Shown: one piece after another, positions 1-13,000 of the stretch
Layout: each line of letters opens with the position of its first letter
Position numbering within the stretch: position 1 is the stretch's first letter
DNA from: Squalus acanthias
Lineage: Eukaryota
Assembly: GCA_030390025.1 (NCBI GenBank)
Contig: CM059432.1
Coordinates: forward strand, 63,056,001-63,120,000
DNA: 64,000 bases
Reading direction: 5' to 3'
The notes under the pieces: model-generated
Told to the model about the DNA's origin: nothing
The model's input: only the letters and a program-made list of their open reading frames with translations
Database searches by the model: none
Position numbers and translations under genes: made by a program

Positions 1-232
1 AGCTTCTCCTCATTTCTCTCCCAAAGCATTAATCCTGGCTTCACTATTGCAGAGTGCTGGTCCCAGCTTCTCCCCCTTATAGGAATGTACAGGATCAGAA
101 TAAAAGCATTGCAGTCCAGCTGGCCCATCCCAGAAAAGCTCATGGCTACTCCCCCCTCCCCCCCCCTCAAAGTGCCACTCCTAGTTTCTTTCCTCTTCCC
201 ATTGTTCCCTCCCTCTTCACTTCCCCCCCTCC

Positions 233-610
233 TAGAGTTGCCAATCCTCCAGGATTGCGCTAGTGTCTCCAGGAATTAAGGACTAGTCTCCAGGACACTG
301 CTATGAGCAGCCCCAGTGAAAAACAATGGCGGCATTAAAAAATGTGTTTTTAAAAAAGAATTCTTTGAACACTTTGATTGTTGGTTATAAAAATATTTGA
401 GATGAGAAACAAGGCTGTTTGCGAGTCAAAGAGCATCCAACCGGGTAATGAAGTGTCTGTTCACTTTCAGATTGGTGTGGGACGGCAGTGCGTCGTGAGG
501 ATGGACGTGTTGAATGACCAATGGCAGCAGTGTGGAGGTGGGGCGGTTCGAGGCAGGAGGTCATGTGATGACACCTCCAGGAATATGTCCAACCAGAGTT
601 GGCAACCCTA
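233..610. mobile_element. Non-autonomous hAT-superfamily MITE (Blackjack-like TIRs)
   Basis: Terminal inverted repeats TAGAGTTGCCAA (233-244) and TTGGCAACCCTA (599-610). Perfect 8-bp TSD CCCCCTCC at 225-232 and 611-618; 8-bp TSDs are typical of hAT. Confidence 0.85.
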
Positions 611-3148
611 CCCCCTCCCCTTTAATTCCCCCTTCCTTCTGCCCCCAGTGCAGGAATTCCTGTTCTAGTGTGAATTTTCACCCATACATGCCTATAATCA
701 CTTCCAGTAGCAGCAGGAGTCGGGCAGGAGAGGGGAAAGAGACATTCATTCATAAACACAGACACATGGACCACAGTGGCCTCCAAAACATCAAACACGG
801 ATGCTTGGCACGTATGAATCGCCATCTTTTCACCTTCATCTCCTGCAAAGTGCATAGACCCAAGGATTGCAGATATGCCAATTGTGGTATTGCTACCGGA
901 TCAAATATAGCCTTGTGCTAAGCTCACACACTCACTTCAGATAGATGGAAAATATTATAGGATTCAGCAGACTCAAAAACAACTAATCAAATACATTTAC
1001 AAAATCAGATAGAGTAAGAGAATGCAGTAAAACAGTTCAATACTAGAGCAGTAAGATTTATAACACAGAGTGCTCACCAGCCCTCGTCCAGCAGTTAGAA
1101 TGGACTCTTGGAATTAAAAGGGTCTCCTGGAATTAAGCAAAGTTCTGAGAACTGGCACAGTGAAAGTTAACAGTCTTCTTCCTCTTATTGCCCTTGGAAA
1201 CAGACTGTTGTCTTGCTTCAGGTAGGAAGTTTCATGCTCACCATGTACTTTTGACTGAACGGTTTCCATGAACCAGCAAAAACTAAATAATCTACAAACA
1301 GAGCCTGCTTTTCACCACTTTATTTATTTGAAGAAGGAAAATAGATGAATTTGAAAGATATTACCAAACCAAACTGTAATGTGACTTTAAGACAGTCCAT
1401 GGCCACTTTCACAAAAATCAGTTAGCCAGTCTTAACAAGGAACCACAACAAAATCACCATTTGAGTCCGGTTTTACATAATGATGAAATTCATAGGGCAA
1501 ATTTAGTGAGGGGTGCTCACAGGATAGAGCCTAGCTAGACAGGGGCATGAGTCCAAGATAGATTCATGACACTACAGCCTTGATTTTCTCATTCATGCTC
1601 CCCATTCAGTAAGGATAATATTTGGGAGCATAACTTCGCTAAATAACCCTCATATAAACAATTTCTTATCCTGAATTGGATGAATTTACAGAACTCCCAC
1701 CTATTAATACCTGCAAATTGTCGGAGCTGGCATTTACATTTAACATGTTAATTAATTAAGGTGGCGCCCCAGGGTTATAAAGGCAAACCTTCTATGACGT
1801 AAAAGAGAAATCACCATTTGATTCTGGTTTTACATAATGATGAAATTCATAGGGCATACCCTTTGCTTTTAACTCTTGGAGGATTGTTGCTTTTGTTACA
1901 TGCACTAAAAATAAACAGCACAATTTTCACAACACGTGACAGTCAAAACTTAAAAATCATAGGATTTCTCTTTGGATTTCAATATATTCATGAGGGGCAA
2001 TTTCATGAGCTCAGGCATCTGGAGCAGAGCCTGCACATTCACCTCCATTGATGGATAATCATGGGAAGTGTGTGCTCAAATTCCCAGTAGGCGCTCCCGG
2101 CAAGCGATGCCCCATACCGGGAGCGCAAAATCGTAAAATTACTCCTAAAGTGTAAATGTGAAATGAAAATTCGCATAGGATATATACACCGCACAGTACA
2201 CCAATCCATTGACAATGTGCATTCACAAATGTAACTCCCAAGAACTATGTGCAATGTGAAATCTGCATTTATTTCACATGAGAAAATAACTGGAAGCAGT
2301 TCACTTGAGAGAGTTTCATTTTTCCTTAGTTCCCACTTGAGAGATGGATTCACACAGACTACAGTGGAAGTGCTTCATGGGACATATCGCCTTCCAACAC
2401 AGCAGTTCTGTTCCCACACAATCAGTTGAGGCGGGGAGTGAGATGGAGGAGGGATGAAATCTGGGGGTGGGGGGAATAACTTTCTTAAAAACAAGCTACT
2501 TCCCTAAAAATTATTGTTTCTAAAAATAAAATAAACACTGAAATCTTTTACGTGGTAAAATGGTTTTTATTCTGACTCTTGGAACAGAAAAATTCTGAGA
2601 AAGAGCAGCAGGTTTTTTACAGAGTGTACACCATTAAAGTGACATGAATCACAATTTTTCTAACCTTGTCTGAGGAGCTTCTAATGCTGCATAGTTAACT
2701 ACATTCATATATAATAAGATCCATGCCTGGCTCAGAATCACTGTCTCACCTTTGAATTTATATCGGTCTTTTCTGTCCACAGAGGAGATTAGTAATCAAG
2801 TGCACACTAATATTTAATTGTCATATAAACATAGACACCAGACTGATAATTAGATAAAGAATTGGAGAAATCCTTTGCACGGGGAATGCAGCAACAGATG
2901 TGCATGGAATCTCCTGAGGAAGCAGGTGGTTTGAATTCCACAGACAGGTGCTATCTGCTTCCTGTGTCAAGGGCACAGTGCCGTCCACCTATGGGAGAAC
3001 TTTATAGAAAATGTTTCCTCTGCATAAACCATGTAACTGGAAAGCTTACTTTTCACCATGTGGAATGAGGACTGAGGAGGTTGTTGCCTATTCCATGGTG
3101 ATATCACATGGACTGCCTCTTTCCCTAGAAATTGCTGTCGGATTTATG

Positions 3149-3392
3149 GGGGTAGATCTTGGCTTTGTGCGATTGCGTAAAATGAATTTATACCGGTCTT
3201 TTCTGTCCACAGAGGAGATTAGTAATCAAGTGCACACAAATATTTAATTGTCATATAAACAGCCGTTTTACATCTCTTAAGATTTTTAGTTCCATTGACT
3301 TCAATGGAAATAAAACTCGGGAGAAATGTAAAATGGGCTGCTGATTCATTATCACCCATTTTAGACTATTGTACAACGCCAAGATCTACCCC
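3149..3392. mobile_element. Harbinger-type MITE (244 bp) containing a captured 79-bp copy of nearby DNA
   Basis: Perfect 15-bp TIRs GGGGTAGATCTTGGC/GCCAAGATCTACCCC, 3-bp TSD ATG on both sides, internal palindrome CATTGACTTCAATG. Confidence 0.85.
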
Positions 3393-4497
3393 ATGGTATT
3401 TTCAGGTTCAGCATTAAATTGCTTTCTTGCACCGTTTGCCCACATGTGATATAATTGATTGAGAACATGATAATGCATTTTTTTTAGTTCTTCAGTGCTG
3501 ATTTACTTTATCTTCCCTTTTTTAGGTTCTTCCCTACCCACCCGCACCCCGGCCATGCTAACTGCCCATCCTCCGCTAAAATTGTCCTCAAACCACTGCA
3601 ATGCTGCTTTTTAGCCAGCCACTAAAAGGTGCATCGAACAGGCCTCTGTACAATGGAAGGGATGGAGGGAAACACTGCCTTCCAATGTTCTGTTCCCATG
3701 TGTGGGAAGACACCTATACTCTACTCCTCCCCTTCAACCTTGCTGAGCTCAGGAATTTGTCCTATGGTTTGATGTATTTCTGATTTTATTCCTGAAGATG
3801 TTTTAAGGTAGTATTTGCATTGCTGTCAAATTCTTTCCCACTAAGAATCACTCAAAATGCCTGTCACACAGTTCCTAACAGATTCAATTGGGCCATTTTT
3901 CATTTTGGATCAAACACAAAGAGGTTTGAACTTTGTAATATTATACGATACAGCTTTGTTCACGTTATTAAAACTGTATGGCCTATATTTTATACTTATT
4001 TTCAATTTCAGGGAACTCATTAAAATAACCAGCTCCTGAAAAATAGTTAGATAAATCTCTTCAATTTCGACAATAAAGGATTTAAAATATAAGTTTGCTT
4101 TATTCATGGATCAGGCTAATAATACCCATCCTAACTGAATGCAGGAAAGTCTAATCCCACACCACTACTCCTACATCTACAGATGGCTGTGGAGATTATG
4201 GGAGGAACCATCCAAGCATTGATAAATTCTTAGCCTGTTTTCTGCCAGAGGAAAATTATGTTTTGGGTGGAAATCTGGTTTTGGCCGAATTCCTCCGAGT
4301 CTGAATCATCCACCCACCTGCAAGGCAGAATGGAAAAATATTTGTTTTCAGAAATATAATCTTACATTCGTAACGAGGCATTGTACAATTTTTTCCCCGC
4401 AGTATTTAGTGTGCTAAAGCAATGGCTCTTGCATACATTGCTGAATGTTAAGATCTTAGAAGGTAAGCTATGTTACTGCATGTGTGAACAGAGAACG

Positions 4498-6263
4498 GGG
4501 CTGGAATTTTCTGGGGTGGTAGCGGGCGCGGTCGGTGGCGGGTCGGGTGGGAACCTGTTGTCATCCCGCCCCCACGCGCCTTTCCCACAGGCACATCTGT
4601 CATTGCGGAGCTGACCCGACCGGCAGTGGCGGGGGACCTAATTGAAATCATTATCAGGTTTACAGGCACTTAAGAGCCTTTTTCACTTACTTTTTAAATT
4701 TCCCTGCATGGCCACAGGATTCACGCGGCTCGGGAACCACGTCTGTCAACCTGAGGCGGGAGTTCCGTGGCCGTTGCTCCAGCTGATTACTTGACAGCAT
4801 GAAATGTACAGTAAAAGCTCCCACCTGACAGATCACTTTCCTCAGGCAGAAGCTGTTGCTCAGTCCATTTCCAGCACAGATTCTGCAGGCTGCATGTCTT
4901 TCCAGCAAAGTCTCCATCCAGTCTCACCTCATTGGAAGAACTCTCTCACCACTGACAGAATGCTTCTGTCATCTGTACTCCACCTGCCATCTATTCCACC
5001 AGCATGGGTGCCGTTTATACTGTCTCAGCTTGGTCCTCAGAATTGGAGCACGATGAGCCCCAACACCAGCAGCACCAGGCACACCAGCAGCCTCAACAAC
5101 ACCACCAACCATCTCCGCAATCACCTGATGCTGCACTGGACACAGGGCATCAGCATCTGAGCATATTGCTGCCCGGGAGGCCAGGGATGGCCTCATCATG
5201 GCCAGATTTACTTCACTTGATGCTGTACACCCAGACTGCCACATGATGCGCCAGGTTGGCACCACCCCACACCAACACCATAAAGCATCCCTACAATGAC
5301 CAAGCCATTCCTTTCACACTCATCACCATTGGGGGGGGGGGGGTACCGTTATGTCTCACCATTCACTGCAACTCACTAAGCCACTTCCAAAGGTGCACAC
5401 AAATCTGTCCAATACCAGCAAGTGTTGAAAATAAAGATTTTTATGTTTGACTCCACATTAACAGAAACTTTACATAAACATTGGATAAAACACCAAAGTG
5501 GCTACCCTTGTATGCTGTTAGTTGGTATGATTGCACTAGGATGAGGGTGAATGTGAGGGGTGGCTAGTGAGATGGGGATGTGATAATGTAGATAGAGAGA
5601 GAGGGATGGGTGGAGGTGCAAGGTAAGTTGGTGTGAGTAAGGATGTGCAAGAGTAGGGTAGGGAAGGCAGAGTGATGGGAATGTGATGAGAGGCACAGCA
5701 GGATGAGGTTGAGTGTGACTTTGTACTAACATTTCATGATCTAATGAGATAATTGAAACATTTGCAGCGCTGCACCCAGGTCCTCCTGACCACATCCCTG
5801 CTTGTGACTTCCTCTGCAATCTGCGACAAGGCTGTTTTGGTCTCCTGGGGAGGTGTCTTCTGCCCATCGGAAGGGAAGAGGACCTCCCTGCGTGCTCTGA
5901 CTCCCTCCATAAGCATATGGAGGGAGTCATCGGAGAACCTGGGTGCAGCCCTCTGCCTCTGTGCAGTCATTGTCAGTGTTTGCAGCACGCCAATGCTGTA
6001 GTGCACTGACAGCACTATGTTAGATTAAACTTCAAATCTAATCTGGCCCTGGTCCGTTTAAAGATCCCGGCTGAAAACACATCATGAATGACGTCACCAG
6101 ACCCGCTCCATCTCATTGGGCTGGGTAATGTGCTGGGCGGGCTTAATAGGCTCCATTAAGGTAAGTTGATTTTCAACAGCGGGATGGAGCCAGCAGCGGG
6201 GATCGTGACCCCCCATAGACCCTGCCCGCACCGGACTCGCCCAGGTAGGCAAAATTCTGGCCC
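4498..6263. mobile_element. Internally deleted, non-autonomous PIF/Harbinger transposon
   Basis: Ends GGGCTGGAATTTT and AAAATTCTGGCCC, flanked by ACG/AAG. Keeps the transposase C-terminus on + (EHIAAREARDGLIMARFT, ~5157-5215) and Myb/SANT exon 1 on -. Confidence 0.85.
5734..5970 (-). pseudogene. Harbinger ORF2 Myb/SANT-like DNA-binding domain remnant
   Basis: RAAPRFSDDSLHMLMEGVRARREVLFP...RTWVQRCKCFNYL aligns by eye with exon 1 of the ORF2 at 60966-61205. Confidence 0.8.
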
Positions 6264-8089
6264 AAGTGTTCGCATAATTTATTATTATGACAAAAATGAA
6301 TTTGTAGCCGTGAACTGGTACACTCCGAACCACCTGCTTTATTAATATGCAAATGAGGGCATTACCCACAGGATAAAAGAGAGCCAGATAGGGCCGATGA
6401 TTCCTGAAGAACTTCAACTACCAGCTCTCAGGTTGCAATACCTAGTCAGCAGATAACATGGAAAAGAAAAATGGCCAATGAAATAAAAGATGCAAAGGAC
6501 TGAGAAGTGACCAAGTCCAATTTTTTAACCCAATCACAGAAAACTTTTTATGGTAGCTGGAAAATCCTTAGATTATGAACATTCTGAAAGTTAAATGATG
6601 ATGTGTTCACCATGTGAATTTTAAGCTTAAGGTGTGCATAAATAATAACCTGAAAATGTATATGCATATCCACAAAAATGGAATACAATATCATTACTTT
6701 AAGTGCTAAAGTACTACTGAATTAATCAGTGAAATATTCAAGCTGAAAATATATAACTTTAAAGGTAATCATATAATATCTATGAGGTACATAAGTGATA
6801 ATATTGAGAAACTCAGATTCCAACATACATTTTTTTGATTGTTTCTAGATTTCAGATCTCTCTATATAATGGTTGGGACAATCCTGAATGGCAATGGGCG
6901 AAGTGTCAACATTTCCTTAAGCTGACTCTTAGCCAATTCTGTGGAGGTCTCACTGGTGATATGTTGGTTTGGTGAGAGAGGAGCACTAAAGGAGTCTGAC
7001 CAATGCCCATCACAACATTCAGAGAAATTACATTCTGCAACTGAGCCCTGTAATACAGTAATGCAAAACATCTTGTAATGTATTTGTATTTTACACAAAG
7101 ACCACAGGGCCAATTTTACTCTGCCTAACGATCCCTCTGTGCAAATTCCTAGGGCATCGGAAGAGGAAATGGGAGCGCAGACCCATAATGCTAGGTCTCC
7201 ACCCTGTTTATACTTTACGTGCTTTTCTGGGGATAACACCGGTATGATCAGGGGCATTTTAATTGTTTGTAAATGATGAGTGAGCGGTTTCAGAATGCTT
7301 CCCAGGGGTTCCAATGGGTGTATACCTGTTCTGAAGACCACCCATGGAGGGGTAGAGGCTGCAGGACTGCTTCTTCAGATCAGAGGATCTGCAATGCCAC
7401 TGTGGGATTGGAGGCCATTTGGCTGCTGTTTCTCATAGTAGCCAGCAGGTCAAAATACCACCAAGAATTTACGCTGCTACAGGCCAAAGACCTCGAGTAG
7501 CCCACAACTTCCCTCCTTCAATTTGGAGTGATCACCGATTCCCAAGCAGTAGTGCTGTCAGCAGAAAATAGATAAACTGTCTGGATTCAACCTAGGTTAA
7601 TTTGGACATGTACAAAACACACACCATCTAACTTACGCTGGGGCGAGGGGGATGGGGGAGGAAGATTGACTCCCTACCAATAAATCTAGCCCTTGGCAGG
7701 TGGATCTAAATCCCCTATTCTGCAGGCGATGAAACTGGAACACAGGAGAGGTGGGCTCTGGCTGATGCGCCCTTCTTACTCCACTGCCCAACCATACATT
7801 CCAGAGCCTGCTCTCCACATGAATGTTTTTACATATTTTCTATTTCCTCAACCTTCCTTAACTAAACCAGATGCATTTTTATCCGAGATCATGATAGCTT
7901 GCTGTTCTTCTCATCCTAATGGTGTAGAATCATCTCTGGTGATATAAAAAGAAAAGTTTTGTTTAAATTTATGTTTGACTATACACAAACTATGTGACTG
8001 AGATTAATAAGTTACATCCACCCTGACTTACTTAAAAATACATATAATTTTTATGTTTTTCCATCCAATTTTCTCTCTTTATCACCCTG

Positions 8090-8425
8090 AAGATGGTAAC
8101 ACCTGTTGGGGTGCAACTCCACAGATGGTCATGGTCTTCCAGTACCTCACCCACATGCTCAAACTGCACAGGTCAGCCTGGACAGTGAGTGTTGGTGGTT
8201 TATTCAAAAGGATCCTCATAGGCAGATTGAGTTCTGTTCACATATATAGAGAACACACACATCTACACTCCAGCAGGGGTCAGGAACAGCAACCCATGAT
8301 CATTTTTACCCTTTCTCATTAGAACTTCCTGGTGCCAACTGCGGGTCCCTCTGTTGCCTCAACTGGAATTGAACAAGAGACTTGTCTGCATGGCTCAGTA
8401 CCACAACATTTAGCCACTGAGCCAT
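8090..8425 (-). mobile_element. Decayed tRNA-headed SINE (unclassified family)
   Basis: Box A-like TGGCTCAGTGG on the minus strand at ~8414-8424. Body similar to copies at ~22300-22690 and ~38820-39115. Confidence 0.55.
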
Positions 8426-8763
8426 GCATTAAAGATTAGATGGCAGAAATTGTGCAATGTTTTTGTTTCAGTAACAGCAGAAATCCAACACACAGTTTGA
8501 AAAACAGGTTGGATTTCTGGCCACGTAAGTTCTGATTGGTTGGGGAGAAGGGAGAGGGCTCTTCTTCTGCCTGCTCCACTTACTTCCTGCCAGTAGTTTG
8601 GGGGCATATCTGGAGGTGTTCCTGAGCTACCCTGGCTAGATATTCTCCTAGATATAATTCTGCTAGATACGCTCCTGATAGGCCCAGCAGTACCTATATC
8701 GACTGAAAGCAGGCATAGGTTCTGTTCTGGGCTGAATAGAAAACTGAAGGTAGCTTGAAGCAT

Positions 8764-9225
8764 CATCCTTGGCTCAGTGGTAGCACTCTCGCCTCTAAGT
8801 CAGAAGGTTGTGGGTTCAAAGCCCTGCTTCAGAGACTTGAGCACATAATCTGTGCTGACATTCCAGTGCAGTACTGTGGGCGTGCTGCACTGTCAGAGGT
8901 GGTGTCTTTGTGATGAGACACTAAACCGAGGCCACATCTGCCCTCTCAGGTGATGTAAAAGGTACCATGGGAATATTTTGAAGAAGAGCAGGGGCGTTTT
9001 CCCTGGTGTCCTGGCCAATATTTATCCCTCAACCAACATTACTAATAAACAGACTATCGAGTCATCATCTCTGTTTTGTGGGACCTTGCAGTGTGAAAAT
9101 TGGCAGGCGCGTTTCCTACATTACAAAAGTGACTTCACTTCAAAAAGTACTTCATTGGCTGTGAAGCACTTTGGGACATCCTAAGGTTCTAAAAGACGCT
9201 ATACAAATGTGAATTCCTTCTTTCT
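8764..9225 (+). mobile_element. tRNA-headed Deu-domain SINE (SacSINE1-like)
   Basis: Pol III box A TGGCTCAGTGG and box B GGTTCAAAGCC. Deu-like core (GAAGAAGAGCAGGGG...GTGTCCTGGCCAATATTTATCCCTCAACCAAC). L2-like 3' tail. Confidence 0.8.
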
Positions 9226-9743
9226 TAGTCGATCCGAGGGAGGTTGATTACCATTCCGAATTGACCTACTGTCTTAAGATATAAGCAAACATTTTGCTCA
9301 CCTTGTTCTTCAGCCTGACCCGGCCTCTTGCTATCTCTCTTGGAGCTGCAGGCTATCTTTCGAAGAGCACGCCAGCCCCATGGGGCGGGTATTCTACAGG
9401 TGCAGATACCCACCTATATCATGTAAATGATCCCTTCCCTGGGATTTGGGACAGGGTCCTGATGGGATGAATACGACAGGCGGATGTTTTGCCTGGCCAC
9501 ACCTCTGCCTGGGCAACGACTGTATGGAATGTTTAAGCTCAGTTGTTAGAGGGATATTCTCAATCTTTAAACTGATTCACAATTTAGTTAGGCCTAGCGC
9601 ACGAAAAAACCTTCTTCCTTTAGCATTTAGCATTTGTCGATAGATATGATTTGTGATTAAATTATGTTTCTGGGGATGGGGAGAAGGGTGATTTGATGCT
9701 TGGTGTGGGGCACCTTTCGTTGGGACACTGTACTGGTGAGGTG

Positions 9744-9925
9744 ATCTGAAATAAAAACAGAAAATGCTGGAAATACTCAGCAGGTCAGGCAGCACCCTTC
9801 GTCATCGACCTGAAACGTTAACGATGTTTCTCTCTCCACAGATGCTGCCTGACCTGATGAGTATTTCCAGCATTTTCTGTTTTTATTTCAGATTTCCAGC
9901 ATCCGCAGTATTTTGCTTTGTGTTG
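9744..9925. mobile_element. Penelope-like element terminal fragment with an inverted partial copy
   Basis: Arms ~9744-9792 and ~9844-9892 are near-perfect reverse complements. Flanked by a 15-bp duplication TGGTGAGGTGATCTG (9734-9748, 9926-9940). Sequence matches the 3' end of the Penelope element at 52117-52260. Confidence 0.8.
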
Positions 9926-10079
9926 TGGTGAGGTGATCTGTAGCTTTGCTGTCAAACTACTTTTGTTTTTCTTAAATCAGGATTTTAGGTTGCTGGATCC
10001 TGCTCTGCTTTGCCAGTTTTTCATGCTTCCCTATCTACCCACCTATTCCTCACCTCTTTAAATGATTCACATACTCTCT

Positions 10080-13000
10080 GGCTGCGATTTCGCCAGCCGT
10101 GGTGAGCCAGTGTGGCCGGAGCAGACAGTGGCCTCAAACTCCGCTTCCCTCTTCACCCCGCCTCCTCCAAGTGATTTTGCCCTGATTGGGCTTGTTAAGC
10201 CCGCCCTGCAAGGTTAACCGGCCAATTAATAGGAAGCGGGTCTGATGACGTCATTTGATGACACGTCATCAGCTGATTTCCTTATAGGGGTCATATCCAC
10301 ATTCATTTTGACAGTTCTGCTGTCAGTGTTCTACAGCATTGAGTTGCTGCAAACACTGACAAGCACTGCACAGAGGTGCACAACTGCACCTGGGCTCTCC
10401 CATGACTCCCTCCATATGCTTATGGAGGGAGTCACAACACACAGGAAGGTCATCTTCCCTTCCAATGGGCAGAAGAGACCCCAGGACACCAACACAGCCT
10501 GGTTACACATTGCACAGGAGGACACAAGCAGGGATGTTGTCAGAAGTACCTGGCTACAGTGGCGCAAACCTTTCAATGATCTCAGTAGATCACGAAACGT
10601 TGCTGCAAAGCCACACTCAACCTCATCCTGCTGTGCCACCCATCACATCCCCATCACTCTGCCTTCCCTACCCTACTCCTGCACATCCTTACTCACACCA
10701 ACTTACCTTGCACCTCCACCCATCCCTCTCTATCTACATTATCACTTCCCCATCTCACTAGCCACCCCTCACACTCATAAGAACATAAGAACATAAGAAA
10801 TAGGAGCAGGAGTAGGCCAATCGGCCCCTCGAGCCTGCTCCGCCATTCAATAAGATCATGGCTGATCTGATCCTAACCGCCAATCGACTATCACAGAACC
10901 ATCTCCTGAACCTAACAGAATTGGACACACAAAATAGGAGCAGGATCAGGCTACACGGCCCCTGGGCCCACTACGCTACCCACAGGGCCATGACCGATCC
11001 GAACCTAGACTCATGTCCAAATTCCTGCCCGCTCCCCGTAACCCTTAATTCCCTTTACTTCTAGGAAACTGTCTATTTCTGTTTTAAATTTATGTAATGA
11101 TGTAGCTTCTACAGCTTTTTGGGGCAGCATATTCCATGGACCTACCACCCTCTGAGTGAAGTAGTTCCTTCTCATCTCAGTTTTGAATGAGCAGCCCCTT
11201 ATTCTAAGACTATGCCCCCTAGTTCTAGTTTCACCCATCATAGGGAACATCCTCCCCGCATCCACCCGATCCAACCCCTTCACAATCTTATATGTTTCAA
11301 TAAGATCGCCTCTCATTCTTCTGAACTCCAATGAGTAGAGTCCCAATCTACCCAACCTCTCCTCATATGTCCATCCCCTCATCCCCGGGATTAACCGAGT
11401 GAACCTTCTTTGTACTGACTCGAGAGCAAGTATGTCTTTTCTTAAGTATGGACACCAAAACTGTATGCAGTATTCCAGGTGCGGTCTCACCAATACCTTG
11501 TACAACTGAAGCAATACCTCCCTATTTTTATATTCTATCCCCCTAGCAATGAAAATAGCCTGTCTATGTCCCCTTGCAGATTTTTTATGTCCTCCTCACT
11601 CACTACTTTCCCTCCCATCTTAGTATCATCTGCAAACTTTGATATGTTACACTCGGTCCCCTCCTTCAAATCGTTAATATAGATTGTAAAGAGTTGGGGA
11701 CCCAGCACTGACCCCTGCGGAACACCACTAGTTACTGATTGCCAGTCTGAGAATGAACCATTTATCCCAACTCTCTGCCTTCTGTTAGATAACCAATCCT
11801 CTATCCATGCCAGAATATTACCCCCAATCCCGTGATTTTTTATCTTAAGCAATAATCTTTTGTGTGGCACCTTGTCAAATGCCTTTTGGAAGTCTAAATA
11901 CACCACATCCACTGGTTCCCCTTTATCCACCCTGTGTGTTACTTCCTCAAAGAACTCCAGCAAATTTGTCAAACATGACTTCCCCTTCATAAAACCATGC
12001 TGACTTTGTCCTATTAAATTATGATTATCCAAATGTCCCATTACTGTCTCCTTAATAATGGACTCCAAAATTTTACCTACCACAGATGCTAGGCTAACCG
12101 GTCTATAGTTTCCAGCCTTCTGTCTACTGCCCTTTTTAAATAAGAGTGTTACATTAGCAGTTTTCCAGTCTGCCGGGATCTTTGCTGAGTCCAGGGAGTT
12201 TTGGAAAATTATTACCAATGCATCCACAATCCCTACCGCCACTTCCCTCAAGACCCTAGGATGTAAGCCATCAGGTCCAGGTGATTTATCCGCCTTGAGT
12301 CCCATTATTTTACCGAGTACCACTTCCTTAGTGATTTTGATCATGTTTAGCTCCTCCCCCCCTATAGCCCCCTGTTTGTCCAGTGTTGGGATATTCTTAG
12401 TGTCCTCTACTGTAAAGACTGATACAAAATATTCATTCAGTGTATTTGCCATCTCCATATTTCCCACCATAATTTCCCGGTCTCATCCTCTAAGGGACCA
12501 ACATTTACTTTAGCCACCCTTTTTCTTTTTATACAACTATAAAAACTCTTACTATCTGTTTTTATATTTTTTGCTAATTTACTTTCATAATCTATCTTCC
12601 CTTTCTTAATCAATCTTTTTGTTATCTTTTGCTGTCTTTTAAAGTTTTCCCAATCCTCTATCCTCCCACTAGATTTCGCTACCTTAACCCCCCCTTGTTT
12701 TTAGTTGAATACTATCCTTAATTTCTTTACTTAGCCACGGATGACTGTCTTTTCTTTTACACCCTTTTCTTCTCAGTGGAATATATATTTTTTGGAAGTT
12801 GTAAAATAACTCCTTAAATGTACACCACTGATCATGTATCGTCTTACCCTTTAATCTATTTTCCCAACCCACTCTACTAAATTCTGCTCACATACCTTCA
12901 TAGTCTCCTTTATTCAAGCTTAGCACGCTTGTTTGAGATCCAACCTTCTGACCCTCTAATTGAATATGGAATTCAACCATGTTATGGTCACTCATTCCAA

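Noticed and set aside
6862..7341. 159-aa ORF
   Set aside because: Runs across a decayed MITE-like segment from ~7107 and has no recognisable domain.
8769..8830. tRNA gene
   Set aside because: Has A/B boxes but runs directly into a SINE body and tail; same for the other SINE heads.
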